A DNA stretch of 64,000 nt from a virus (taxonomy: Duplodnaviria > Caudoviricetes), in IMG/VR virus record IMGVR_UViG_2561511128_000006, positions 8,418 through 72,417 of that record; one strand, written 5' to 3'. A program made the translations under genes and the position numbers. Under the pieces are notes generated by a model. The model was not told the DNA's origin, did not search any database, and saw only the letters and a list, made by a program, of their open reading frames with translations. Numbering within the stretch: position 1 is the first letter of the stretch; each line of letters begins with the position of its first letter. Below, piece by piece: positions 1 through 8,132 of the stretch.

Positions 1-652
1 GCGTTCGGTCATCGTAAGCAGTCGCCCCTCTTCGCGTGAGACAAGGGAACACATGCCGCGTTTTCCGTCCCTGCGAAGTATCCCTGCGCAAGCCTTGGGG
101 CTCAAAAAGTACCGCGACGGGAGGCCGCCAGTCTCCAAAATATCCGACAAGGAAGACTCGACGGCGACACTGGGGAACTCCGAAGAACTGAGCGTCCAGG
201 ATTCTGTAGGCAAGATGATACCCGCATTCAGCCAGCGCCTGGGCAAAGTAACCGAAGTCGATCCCGCCGTTCGTTGACAGGCATCCGGGAACGTTTTCCC
301 AAAAAATCCAGCGCGGTGTAATTTCACGAGCCAGGCGGATAAAGTCGAGGGCCAGTCCACTGCGCTCTCCGGAAAGTCCGGCTCTCTTTCCGGCGACGGA
401 GAAGTCCTGGCAGGGAGTCCCCCCGACCAGAAGGTCAACTGTTCCACGGTATTTTCTCCCGTCGATTTTTGTCATGTCACCGAGATTGGGCACGTCTGGG
501 TAGTGATGCGCAAGCACGGCACAAGGAAACCGTTCGACCTCTGAAAATGCGACTGGTTTCCATCCGAGCGGCCCCCACGCCACTGTCGCGGCTTCAATAC
601 CGGAACAAACTGAAAGATATCTCAATACTTCCCCCCACCGCGCGTTGTTCAT
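1..652 (-). CDS. C5 cytosine DNA methyltransferase (Dcm family), 3' end runs off the window
   Basis: Not in the ORF track; hand translation gives RYLSVCSGIEA (motif I), LLVGGTPCQDFS (IV), WENVPG (VI), QCRRRVF (VIII). Start is ATG 652 or TTG 625. Confidence 0.92.
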   Translation of the reverse strand, partial: MNNARWGEVLRYLSVCSGIEAATVAWGPLGWKPVAFSEVERFPCAVLAHHYPDVPNLGDMTKIDGRKYRGTVDLLVGGTPCQDFSVAGKRAGLSGERSGLALDFIRLAREITPRWIFWENVPGCLSTNGGIDFGYFAQALAECGYHLAYRILDAQFFGVPQCRRRVFLVGYFGDWRPPVAVLFEPQGLRRDTSQGRKTRHVFPCLTRRGATAYDDRT

Positions 653-715
653 GCAGCCACGCCCCTGCCGAAGATGTGGACGGACGAACGAACTCGTTAC
701 TCCCTCCCATTTGTA

Positions 716-802
716 TCACTCCCTTATGGGGCTAGTTGCCCAGATCAGCCAAAGAAAGAAGGCGACCCACATCCACGTGAGCCGCCTTTCCCATTTTGTC
801 AT
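716..802 (-). CDS. Small hydrophobic peptide (28 aa, MTKWERRLTWMWVAFFLWLIWATSPIRE)
   Basis: ATGA overlap with the stop of the upstream gene at 799; one TM-like stretch. Confidence 0.55.
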   Translation of the reverse strand: MTKWERRLTWMWVAFFLWLIWATSPIRE

Positions 803-999
803 TCCGCCTTTTCCGTCCATTTATCGCAGATTGCCAAAGTACCAGTCTTCCAGCCATTGAGCGTACAGCGGGAACCGTCAAAGTACGATGTACCGTAGTA
901 TCCCTTTTTCTCAATGCGCTCGACATGCTTGCAATTCGCGCAATTCTTTGTCGGCGCATGTTTCTGCCAGTTTACGCTATTTTTTGTGATTCTTGGCAT
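799..999 (-). CDS. Small Cys-containing phage protein
   Basis: CANC and distal Cys residues; fits operon packing; start trimmed to MPRITK. Confidence 0.6.
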   Translation of the reverse strand: MPRITKNSVNWQKHAPTKNCANCKHVERIEKKGYYGTSYFDGSRCTLNGWKTGTLAICDKWTEKAE

Positions 1000-1080
1000 A
1001 TCATCCCGCGTGGTGACGGATGCGCGGCCCACGGTTTGGGGTATGAAAAGCCCCGCCGGGGGAGGGCGGGGCGTGGGGTG

Positions 1081-1845
1081 CTACGCGATGACCTTCACGC
1101 CTTCGGGCAGGTTTTCAATCAGCCATGTGCGGATATTGGCGATGGCTTCCAGCTTCCACGCGCCGCCGTCGCATTCGATGAGTTTGCAGGCCAGCGGGCT
1201 GGACTGGAGCCGGAACACGACCTTGTGCGCTGGCTGCGCGACTTCCGCAAAGGTGCTGAACGGGAAGATAACCGCAGGGGACGGTACGGGCACTTCGGCC
1301 TTACGGGCCGCGCCTTGGCGGATGGAAACCTCCTGCGACACGCCGTCGTCCTGTACGCGGACTTCCGAGGTGTCCACAAGATTGCCGCTGATCTTGATGA
1401 GCGCGTCGAGATCGTCCGAGGGGACAAAGCAGGACTGGAGATAGGGGACGAACTCATCAGGCGAGGTCCAGCTTCCAAAACGATGGGCAGGGACGACTGC
1501 CTCAGCTTGCATGTACGTGTTGCGCTGCTTCCAGCCCCCAAAGGGGATGGACATGACTTTCACGGTCGTCACATCGCAGACGTGGACAAGGAGCTTTCCG
1601 AGGTCCAGCCCGTCTGGGTTCTGGTTGAGGTAATCCACCACGGCCTGCAAGGTGCCAACGCTGAGCGTCTCCTGTCCCGGTTTATACAGGGGTTTCCAAG
1701 TGTCCCTCTGGTCAGGCTTGTAGAAACATAGCCCGTCTTCCGTGACGTGAACGGGGAGAGCGGCCTTGGCCTTGACGTCAAGGGATTCGAGTTCCCGGCC
1801 TACGCCGATGAGGTGCCTGTCAGCTTCGAGGCGGTTGATTTCCAT
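1081..1845 (-). CDS. Conserved phage protein (DUF2303/YfdQ-like), partner of the upstream gene
   Basis: 254-aa ORF with GGAG RBS; typical partner of the 'replication terminator'-like family. Confidence 0.65.
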   Translation of the reverse strand: MEINRLEADRHLIGVGRELESLDVKAKAALPVHVTEDGLCFYKPDQRDTWKPLYKPGQETLSVGTLQAVVDYLNQNPDGLDLGKLLVHVCDVTTVKVMSIPFGGWKQRNTYMQAEAVVPAHRFGSWTSPDEFVPYLQSCFVPSDDLDALIKISGNLVDTSEVRVQDDGVSQEVSIRQGAARKAEVPVPSPAVIFPFSTFAEVAQPAHKVVFRLQSSPLACKLIECDGGAWKLEAIANIRTWLIENLPEGVKVIA

Positions 1846-1860
1846 GTGATTCTCCTTTGG

Positions 1861-2265
1861 TTACTGGTTGATGGGATGTTCCTCAGCCTTCTTGAACGGG
1901 GTTACGTTCACGGTCACGCTGCCGTTCCCCCTGAGTTCAGAGGGCATGGTGCCGTCAAAGCGGTACTGGTCGGGGTGGTTGTCGGTGAAGGACTCGAACA
2001 GCATGGGCGCGCCGTCGAGCTTGTCGAGCACGACCGGGATGGTCTGCGGCTCCTGCGGCTGGAGGTTGGTCGTCACGACCGCCTTGGATGCGATCAGCGT
2101 CCGGCTCTCGTCGGGCTTGAATGTGATCTTGAGGGTGACGGTACGGGGCTTGTCCGGCGGTGTGTTCACGTCCGCGATGTTGTCCGCGACCTTGGCAAGC
2201 GCGATGTTGACGGCTTCGACCACGCCGCCGTTGTTCATGGTTCGCATGTCGAGAGGGCTGCTCAT
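1861..2265 (-). CDS. Conserved phage protein (family often labelled 'replication terminator protein')
   Basis: NIADVNT-RTVTLKITFKPDESR pattern. Confidence 0.65.
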   Translation of the reverse strand: MSSPLDMRTMNNGGVVEAVNIALAKVADNIADVNTPPDKPRTVTLKITFKPDESRTLIASKAVVTTNLQPQEPQTIPVVLDKLDGAPMLFESFTDNHPDQYRFDGTMPSELRGNGSVTVNVTPFKKAEEHPINQ

Positions 2266-2320
2266 GGTTCTTTCTCCTTATGGTAAAAGAAAGGCCCGGT
2301 GGTGAGCCGGGCCGGGGTGG

Positions 2321-3373
2321 TTATTCGGCCCACGCCGGGCATCCGGCGCGCTGTTCGCAGTCGGAGCACGTCCAGTCGCTGACCTGCGTTTCGGTTTTCG
2401 GACAGGTGATCATGTTGGCGGCGGGGGCGGGCTGCGCTTCCGGCTGCTCGGATACTTCCGGGACGTCCTGTTGCGCACCGTTCCGCATGGCTTCGGCGGC
2501 AAGTTGCTTGGCCTTTTCGCACTGCGCTGTGGTCCAGTTGCGGGCGTAGGCGTTCACCAGTTTTTCGACGTCCTCAAGAGGGTTGCCCGTGGCCAGCCAT
2601 GCGTCCGCGGCTTCTTTGCGTCGGGCTTCCATTTCGGCGTTGGTGGGGCGGCTACGCTTGGACGGGGTATCCCTGTCCTGCGCTTCTTCCTTCATTTCCT
2701 GCACGGATACGCGATATGTCCCGTCTTCGGCGGGTTCGAGATCATACGTGTCCTGCACTTCTTCGGCGGTCTTCAAGCCCATGGCGATTTCCGGGGCGTA
2801 GGCCCGGACGAACCACGACGCCGCCCGGTAACGGAGCATCAGTTCCGGCATGGACTGCCACTTGCTCCCGTTCTTGCCGTACCATCCTTCCTTTTTTGCC
2901 AGTCCGATAGTGATGAGCGGTCCAGCCAGCTTTTCCCCTGTGGCGAGTTCGGTAGCCACGGCGCGGCATCCCCATTCATCCTTGCCTTCTTCGCCCTGAA
3001 ATTCGTAGCGGATGGACGTAAACCGTCCGCACTGGTTGAGGGTGGCGATCAGGAATTGTGCGGACCATGCGGGACGCCCGTGGACTACGTAGATGTTTTG
3101 CATGACCATAAGCGGATTGGCTCTCATACGAATGGCCATATCCATAGCTATGGTGCAATTCCCGACAGCTTCGTCTTCAGTTCCACATCCCTTTGCTTGA
3201 CCTTTTTCGTTTACGTATGGTTTTCTGAATTGATCGGGGGTAATCGGGGACTTTGCAAACATTTTTGCCATCCGCTGCAAGGCTTCAAAGCCTGCAACCG
3301 TGTCGAAACCAACAGCAATGGCAGGAGAGGTTTCAGGTTGGCGAAGGGTGGCTAGAGTAGTTGTCTGGCTCAT
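2321..3373 (-). CDS. RecT/Red-beta-like single-strand annealing protein
   Basis: GNC-IA-DMA-R--NPLMVMQNIYVVHGRPAWSAQF core; adjacent exonuclease. Confidence 0.75.
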   Translation of the reverse strand: MSQTTTLATLRQPETSPAIAVGFDTVAGFEALQRMAKMFAKSPITPDQFRKPYVNEKGQAKGCGTEDEAVGNCTIAMDMAIRMRANPLMVMQNIYVVHGRPAWSAQFLIATLNQCGRFTSIRYEFQGEEGKDEWGCRAVATELATGEKLAGPLITIGLAKKEGWYGKNGSKWQSMPELMLRYRAASWFVRAYAPEIAMGLKTAEEVQDTYDLEPAEDGTYRVSVQEMKEEAQDRDTPSKRSRPTNAEMEARRKEAADAWLATGNPLEDVEKLVNAYARNWTTAQCEKAKQLAAEAMRNGAQQDVPEVSEQPEAQPAPAANMITCPKTETQVSDWTCSDCEQRAGCPAWAE

Positions 3374-3376
3374 GGG

Positions 3377-4180
3377 TCATCGTCTCCATTTGCAGGTGTT
3401 GAAGATAGGGCAGTATTTTTCCCCGCACCCGTTGGAGCGGGGATTGCCGTAAAAGTTGCCGCTATGGATGAGGGTTGCGGCCATTTCGAGAAGACCGGGA
3501 AATTCTTCGTCGCCGATGAGGAGATCCCGCCCGCCGGAAATTGTCCCTGTGGCCACGCGCTGGCCCCTTTCCGTCTTGGCGACTTGCAGCCCGATGATCT
3601 GGGCCGGGGCTTCGATGCAAATGTCCGTGCTGTGCTCGGCCAGCAGTTCGTAGACGGCGAGTTGGGCGGCATGTCCCTGTGTCTTGCAGGTTCCGTCCGC
3701 GCCGACGGCGGATTTCCCGGTTTTGATGTCGGCAATCCCATAGCCGTCCTCCGTCCGCCTCACGCGGTCCACGGTTCCCGTTAGAGCGATGCCAAGATCC
3801 GCGATGTCCAGCCGTTCGCAGGTGGCCTCGACCGCCGCATAGGTTTGCCGGGGCGCGATGGTGGAGCAGTACAGGCGGTGCAGGGAGAGGGCGATACGCT
3901 CGGCTTCCGTGGGCTGGAGGTCGTCCCAAAGGACTTCTTCATCCGGCTTGTGGATGGCGTCTACAGCCGCGCCCGCCGCTTCGTCCGGGGTGATGCCCGT
4001 TCCGTTCATGCGCGAAGTGTCAAACAGCGCCGTGCTGGTGTGGACGGCGGTTCCGAGCCGTGCGGAACCGCTGGAAGGCGTCCGTAGTCCGCGGATGTTT
4101 TGGGCTTCCCATCGGGCCGGGCATTCAAACAGCCCGGCGAGGCTGGAAGCACGAATCAAAATCGGTTCCTTGATATTCAT
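3377..4180 (-). CDS. PD-(D/E)XK exonuclease (RecB/AddB-like, with Fe-S-type Cys)
   Basis: LTGTVDRV and IADIKTG motifs, N-terminal ECP and C-terminal C-x4-C-x5-C; start trimmed to MNIKEP. Confidence 0.85.
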   Translation of the reverse strand: MNIKEPILIRASSLAGLFECPARWEAQNIRGLRTPSSGSARLGTAVHTSTALFDTSRMNGTGITPDEAAGAAVDAIHKPDEEVLWDDLQPTEAERIALSLHRLYCSTIAPRQTYAAVEATCERLDIADLGIALTGTVDRVRRTEDGYGIADIKTGKSAVGADGTCKTQGHAAQLAVYELLAEHSTDICIEAPAQIIGLQVAKTERGQRVATGTISGGRDLLIGDEEFPGLLEMAATLIHSGNFYGNPRSNGCGEKYCPIFNTCKWRR

Positions 4181-4317
4181 CGTTCCGCCTCCACGCTCAG
4201 GGGTGCCATGTTGTTGAAGAGTTTTTGGTCTTCCCATTCGAAATAGCCCACGAGCAGGAAGCAGAGGACGATCAGGGCGACGCGCCACGCGACGGGGTAT
4301 TGCTCTATCCACTTCAT
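4177..4317 (-). CDS. Small membrane protein (46 aa)
   Basis: Hand translation MKWIEQYPVAWRVALIVLCFLLVGYFEWEDQKLFNNMAPLSVEAER; ATGA overlaps at both ends. Confidence 0.7.
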   Translation of the reverse strand: MKWIEQYPVAWRVALIVLCFLLVGYFEWEDQKLFNNMAPLSVEAER

Positions 4318-4607
4318 GCCGCGTCCCTCTTGCGTCCGGCTTCGACAACCGCGTCGAGTCTGGCGGATACGGCGTCAATGGCGACGTCGAGAAGTCCGCG
4401 GACTGTGGCGGGGTCGAACGTGACGATGTAGTCACGGATGCTTCCGTGAGCACAATGGGCGAGTTCGTTGCCATCGATGTCGTTCACGAACCCGAGGCCC
4501 TGCGGTTCAAAGATTGGAGTGATGCGGCAGGTCGCGGTGCGGAGATGCACCAGCCGGGAAAGTTCCGTTTCTAGCTCACGGGCGGTCATCCTGTTTAAAT
4601 GCTTCAT
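4314..4607 (-). CDS. Hypothetical phage protein
   Basis: GGAGAGAGG RBS before MKHLNR; translationally coupled to the next gene. Confidence 0.65.
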   Translation of the reverse strand: MKHLNRMTARELETELSRLVHLRTATCRITPIFEPQGLGFVNDIDGNELAHCAHGSIRDYIVTFDPATVRGLLDVAIDAVSARLDAVVEAGRKRDAA

Positions 4608-4641
4608 GGTTCCTCTCTCCTGCGTTGAAGTTCGGATTGGC

Positions 4642-4695
4642 GTCCCAATCCCGATGAAAAAGCCCCGATTTCTCGGGGCTTCTACGGGGCTAGGC
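4642..4695 (-). repeat. Intergenic element copy 1: GCCTAGCCCC + GC hairpin + T-tract + GGGATTGGGAC
   Basis: Direct sequence comparison with 5008-5058 and 5321-5377. Confidence 0.8.
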
Positions 4696-4980
4696 GACAG
4701 GAGTAGCCCGTTGGCGATGTTCGTTGCAGTATGCATAAATTGCCTTCTTACATGCAGCTTCTACGGATGCAGTGGCACACGACCGAGAAACGAGCTGAGC
4801 CTTTTCTGTCTCGTCAGTGATTTCGAATCGACTTACCTTGAGAAAGCCTTTGCGTCCCATATCGCAAGCGACATAGACGTTATATCCGGTACGTTGAGAC
4901 AGCTTGATTCCGTTGATCCGTGCCGCTTTAATGAAGACTTGGTATCCGTAACCAGTATCTCTGATTGCTGTAACTTCCAT
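4690..4980 (-). CDS. Hypothetical phage protein
   Basis: GGAGG RBS; stop codon lies inside the GCCTAG repeat. Confidence 0.65.
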   Translation of the reverse strand: MEVTAIRDTGYGYQVFIKAARINGIKLSQRTGYNVYVACDMGRKGFLKVSRFEITDETEKAQLVSRSCATASVEAACKKAIYAYCNEHRQRATPVA

Positions 4981-5007
4981 GTGTCCTCCATAATTGAAAT
5001 ACGATTT

Positions 5008-5058
5008 GTCCCAATCCCGTTTCCTGCCCCGGATTCCGGGGCAAGTGCGGGGCTAGGC
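5008..5058 (-). repeat. Intergenic element copy 2 (hairpin without T-tract)
   Basis: GCCTAGCCCC-GCACTT-GCCCCGGAATCCGGGGC...GGGATTGGGAC. Confidence 0.8.
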
Positions 5059-5061
5059 GCT

Positions 5062-5292
5062 TTACCAAGCGGGGTGCAGCGTTGCGGGGAAGTCGATGCC
5101 GGGGAGAACGCCGAAGTCTTCGCGTTCTGGCAAGACTGCGGGAATCTCGGAAATTCTCATGAGTATGGTCGAGGGCATACCCTCGCTGGCTACAGTCTCC
5201 GCGAAGTCTACCGCCTTCGTCTTCGTCTCGAACTCTTCAACTAATGGGCCGCTTTCCGAATGCGAAATTACGATGAACTGCATCATGGACAT
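5062..5292 (-). CDS. Hypothetical phage protein (76 aa)
   Basis: GAGGAG RBS before MSMMQFIVISH. Confidence 0.65.
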   Translation of the reverse strand: MSMMQFIVISHSESGPLVEEFETKTKAVDFAETVASEGMPSTILMRISEIPAVLPEREDFGVLPGIDFPATLHPAW

Positions 5293-5320
5293 TCTCCTCT
5301 GTTTTGAAATTCGTTCCGCA

Positions 5321-5377
5321 GTCCCGGAATCAATGAAAAAGCCCGGAGCATGTCCGGGCTTTTCGATGGGGCTAGGC
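5321..5377 (-). repeat. Intergenic element copy 3
   Basis: GCCTAGCCCC-ATCGAAAA-GCCCGGACATGCTCCGGGC-TTTTTCAT...CCGGGAC. Confidence 0.75.
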
Positions 5378-5410
5378 ACGAAAAAAGGCGGCTCCGAAGA
5401 ACCGCCCTTG

Positions 5411-5758
5411 TTATCTATTACCATTTTTCTTAAAGAAATATGTGGTAGTTACACTCATTAAGAGTCCGACAATAATGGTGAGTGCTAATTCTTTGAGTTT
5501 GGTCAGTTCGTTCTCACAAAGCCAACGGCAAGAACTAGGTCCAATCAAATGCCACATATATACTAACACAACGGAAAAACTTCCAAAAGCGGAAACAATC
5601 AAAAACCCCACACGAACCCAGTAAAACCACACTTCTTCTTTGAAGTGCATAGACCGACGCTTTTTCCCGTACTCATCCGGATCCGCTGAACTATCAGCGG
5701 TTTTTTCTTGTGCGTAACAATTTTCGTCTGTTGTGAGAGGGTCTCGGATGTCATCCAT
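5411..5758 (-). CDS. Two-TM membrane protein, candidate toxin partner of the Panacea antitoxin
   Basis: Two hydrophobic segments; overlaps the stop of the DUF4065 gene; AT-rich. Confidence 0.7.
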   Translation of the reverse strand: MDDIRDPLTTDENCYAQEKTADSSADPDEYGKKRRSMHFKEEVWFYWVRVGFLIVSAFGSFSVVLVYMWHLIGPSSCRWLCENELTKLKELALTIIVGLLMSVTTTYFFKKNGNR

Positions 5759-6224
5759 TCGCGGTAGCCTTGATCACATGTTCCTTGAAGTATTGTGCAA
5801 TTAGGTCATCTGGAATGAAGTTATTCATTCCCTTTCCTTCTCCATCAATACAGTTCACCACTGTATCCCAAGGTGAGCCCGGCTTATGGGTCCAATTAGA
5901 TAAGGCTACAGCAGTATACTTTCCAAAAACATCAATGACCTTGCTCAAAAAGTTCTTTAAATCGTCATCACAAGAGAAGTTAGGGCAATAATCTTCAAGA
6001 CTTCCCTTACCTTTGCTAATAAAGTTGAACACACGAGGATATACAGGGCCATACTGCCAGGCACGAGGATATTCGTCACAAAGACGTTCATTCCGGGAAG
6101 CAAGAACGCTTCCATAGCAACAATACAGAAGTTTTTGAATTTTTGTATTGTTGTAATAATATCCCTTTTCTCTGCAAAGTTGGGCAATGAAGGATGCAAC
6201 ATCAAGACTATTATATGGTGCCAT
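5751..6224 (-). CDS. Panacea (DUF4065/SocA/GepA-like) antitoxin-domain protein
   Basis: KIQKLLY, AWQYGPVYP, LSNWTH-PGSPW motifs. Confidence 0.88.
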   Translation of the reverse strand: MAPYNSLDVASFIAQLCREKGYYYNNTKIQKLLYCCYGSVLASRNERLCDEYPRAWQYGPVYPRVFNFISKGKGSLEDYCPNFSCDDDLKNFLSKVIDVFGKYTAVALSNWTHKPGSPWDTVVNCIDGEGKGMNNFIPDDLIAQYFKEHVIKATANG

Positions 6225-6301
6225 GTCCCTTTCCTCCTCCTTTGCAGACTCGACCTAACGGTCTGTTTCGAATCTGTTAAAATATTTTGATTGAGAAATG
6301 A

Positions 6302-6330
6302 AATATAACCTAATTTGTTGACTAGTGCAA
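6302..6330 (-). promoter_or_regulatory. Sigma70-type promoter for the Panacea operon
   Basis: TTGCAC-17 nt-TATATT on the minus strand. Confidence 0.7.
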
Positions 6331-6827
6331 TGAGATACCTAGGCTGTTTTTTTGTCAAAACCCGGCGGGGCCAATCCCCGCCGGGGTGGAATTTTATCCA
6401 TGCGGAAACCCGGACGCATGGTTCGGCGCAACGCGCATTGTCGCTGCGCCTCTCATGCGGGGCGGTGAATTGTCAGAAAGTCAACTGACCGCCCGGATGT
6501 AGAAATTCGTATTTCATCACGTTTCACGGCCCGATCTTTGTGTCGTAACCGTGGGCCCTGTTGGTCGGCTCGGCCCCCGTCGCTTCGGTGCGCTTTGCGC
6601 TTCGGCCTTCTTTTCAGCCGTTTTTCCGTCCCGCCGTCCCTTTGCGGCCTGTCTTCACATCACCAGTCTCACGGGCCTCTTTCGAGCTTTCCGGGCGGCC
6701 TCTTGCTCCGCCCACCGTATCCGCTACGGCCTTCATGCCGCCCAAACCGGCTTCCTTCTCACGGGGCATTCTGGCTACTTTCCGGCTAGGTGCCTGGCGT
6801 GTTCGCCTTCCCCGTTCGTTGTGAAGA

Positions 6828-6883
6828 CAATATATACGTATGCGAATTTTACGTCAATAAAAATTTCATATATGTATATATTG
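6828..6883 (-). promoter_or_regulatory. pL-like early leftward promoter with candidate operators
   Basis: TTGACG(6857-6852)-17-TATATT(6834-6829); inverted CAATATATACRTAT sites at about 6828-6841 and 6870-6883. Confidence 0.75.
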
Positions 6884-6978
6884 AATCAAAAAATACCGCC
6901 GACACCACGAAGGCTCGGCGGTCACGCCCCATAGGGCACAAAAAAGCCCCTCACGAGGAGGGGCAAAGGGAGGCTCCG

Positions 6979-7179
6979 TTAAGGTACTAATGGATTAATA
7001 TTCATATTAGATAGTTCGGTGATATTTTTATTTGTAAAATCAACTTGTTGAATAGGGTTTGTCTTGATGCCCATATTTTTTAAAATTAACATCATTTCAT
7101 GATGATGTTTCAATGCTGGATTGTTTTCTATATTTTTAAGTAATAATGACATTTTATAATGCTTTTTGTCGATTTTCAT
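6979..7179 (-). CDS. Small AT-rich protein coupled to the SDH-type protease
   Basis: TAATG overlap with the upstream gene; same AT-rich composition. Confidence 0.55.
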   Translation of the reverse strand: MKIDKKHYKMSLLLKNIENNPALKHHHEMMLILKNMGIKTNPIQQVDFTNKNITELSNMNINPLVP

Positions 7180-8060
7180 TAGAGTAAACTCCCATTAGTC
7201 ATTTCTCTAGTATGTAAAAATAATTGATAGTTATATTTTGATGAAAAGTCAATCGCAAGTCTATTATATTCTTTTACTAATCTATATAATTTAAGGTCGT
7301 CTGAATAATCTTCAATCTTTAGCTTTAGATCGTCTTGAAGAGTTTTTATTCCTATATGTCTTCCATGTATATGCCAATGAGCATTATCACCTAATATTCT
7401 AGCTATTTCTTCAGCTCTATGCTCTTTTTCTTTAAGTGTGACTTCGGTATCTGTTTTACTATGAATTGTCCAGTCTTTAAATTTATAATTTACGAGCCAT
7501 TTTTTTAATAGCGTTACGGTTATATTTCGTGCTTGTTGATAAAAATTTAAATCAGCAAGATTTAAATTTAAAGCCATTTGTAACTCTACTGGACTTATGG
7601 GGTTATTAGAATCTTTATTTAATGATTTTTTACATATTGCATCAAATTGATCTAAATACCCTTGTGCAGGAACCCATTGTCCATTAGACAATACTTGAGG
7701 ATCTATAGGGCCTAATGATGAGGCAAAATTCATATATATTTTGTCGCCAGACATGCAAAGAATAGTACCCGCTGAGTATGCATATTCATGTACAATGAAA
7801 TATACTTCATCATAGAACCTACGCATCACCTCAACCATTATCTCAGCCATTTCTACACTGCCGCCATTTGTTGTTAAATTGACAGCAAGAGATTTATGTT
7901 TTTTCTTTCTAGCTAATTTTTCAAATTCAGTGGTAAAGAATGTTCTGTGGTTAGGGTGAATACCACCATAAAACAAAAAAACATCAGACTGGAGATGTTC
8001 TTCTAGTTTAATACAATAATTATTCAAAGCTTCATATGCAACTTTATCAACTGGACCCAT
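7179..8060 (-). CDS. SDH-family ClpP/crotonase-fold serine protease
   Basis: LTTNGGS, AYSAGTILCMSGD (catalytic Ser context), SSLGPIDPQ, H-R-I motif; strongly AT-rich. Confidence 0.85.
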   Translation of the reverse strand: MGPVDKVAYEALNNYCIKLEEHLQSDVFLFYGGIHPNHRTFFTTEFEKLARKKKHKSLAVNLTTNGGSVEMAEIMVEVMRRFYDEVYFIVHEYAYSAGTILCMSGDKIYMNFASSLGPIDPQVLSNGQWVPAQGYLDQFDAICKKSLNKDSNNPISPVELQMALNLNLADLNFYQQARNITVTLLKKWLVNYKFKDWTIHSKTDTEVTLKEKEHRAEEIARILGDNAHWHIHGRHIGIKTLQDDLKLKIEDYSDDLKLYRLVKEYNRLAIDFSSKYNYQLFLHTREMTNGSLL

Positions 8061-8132
8061 TGCATCTCCCTCCTCCCCGCTCCGGCGGGGATTTTCATTT
8101 ACAGCTCACGTCACGCCACGCCCACACGGTAA

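Noticed and set aside
796-1731. 311-aa plus-strand ORF and similar long antisense ORFs (e.g. 16016-17284, 23270-24511, 24970-26115)
   Set aside because: They lie opposite well-supported genes and reflect stop-codon scarcity at high GC
1903-1914. GTTCACGGT match to the late-promoter motif
   Set aside because: Partial match inside a coding region, lacking the AACCTT half
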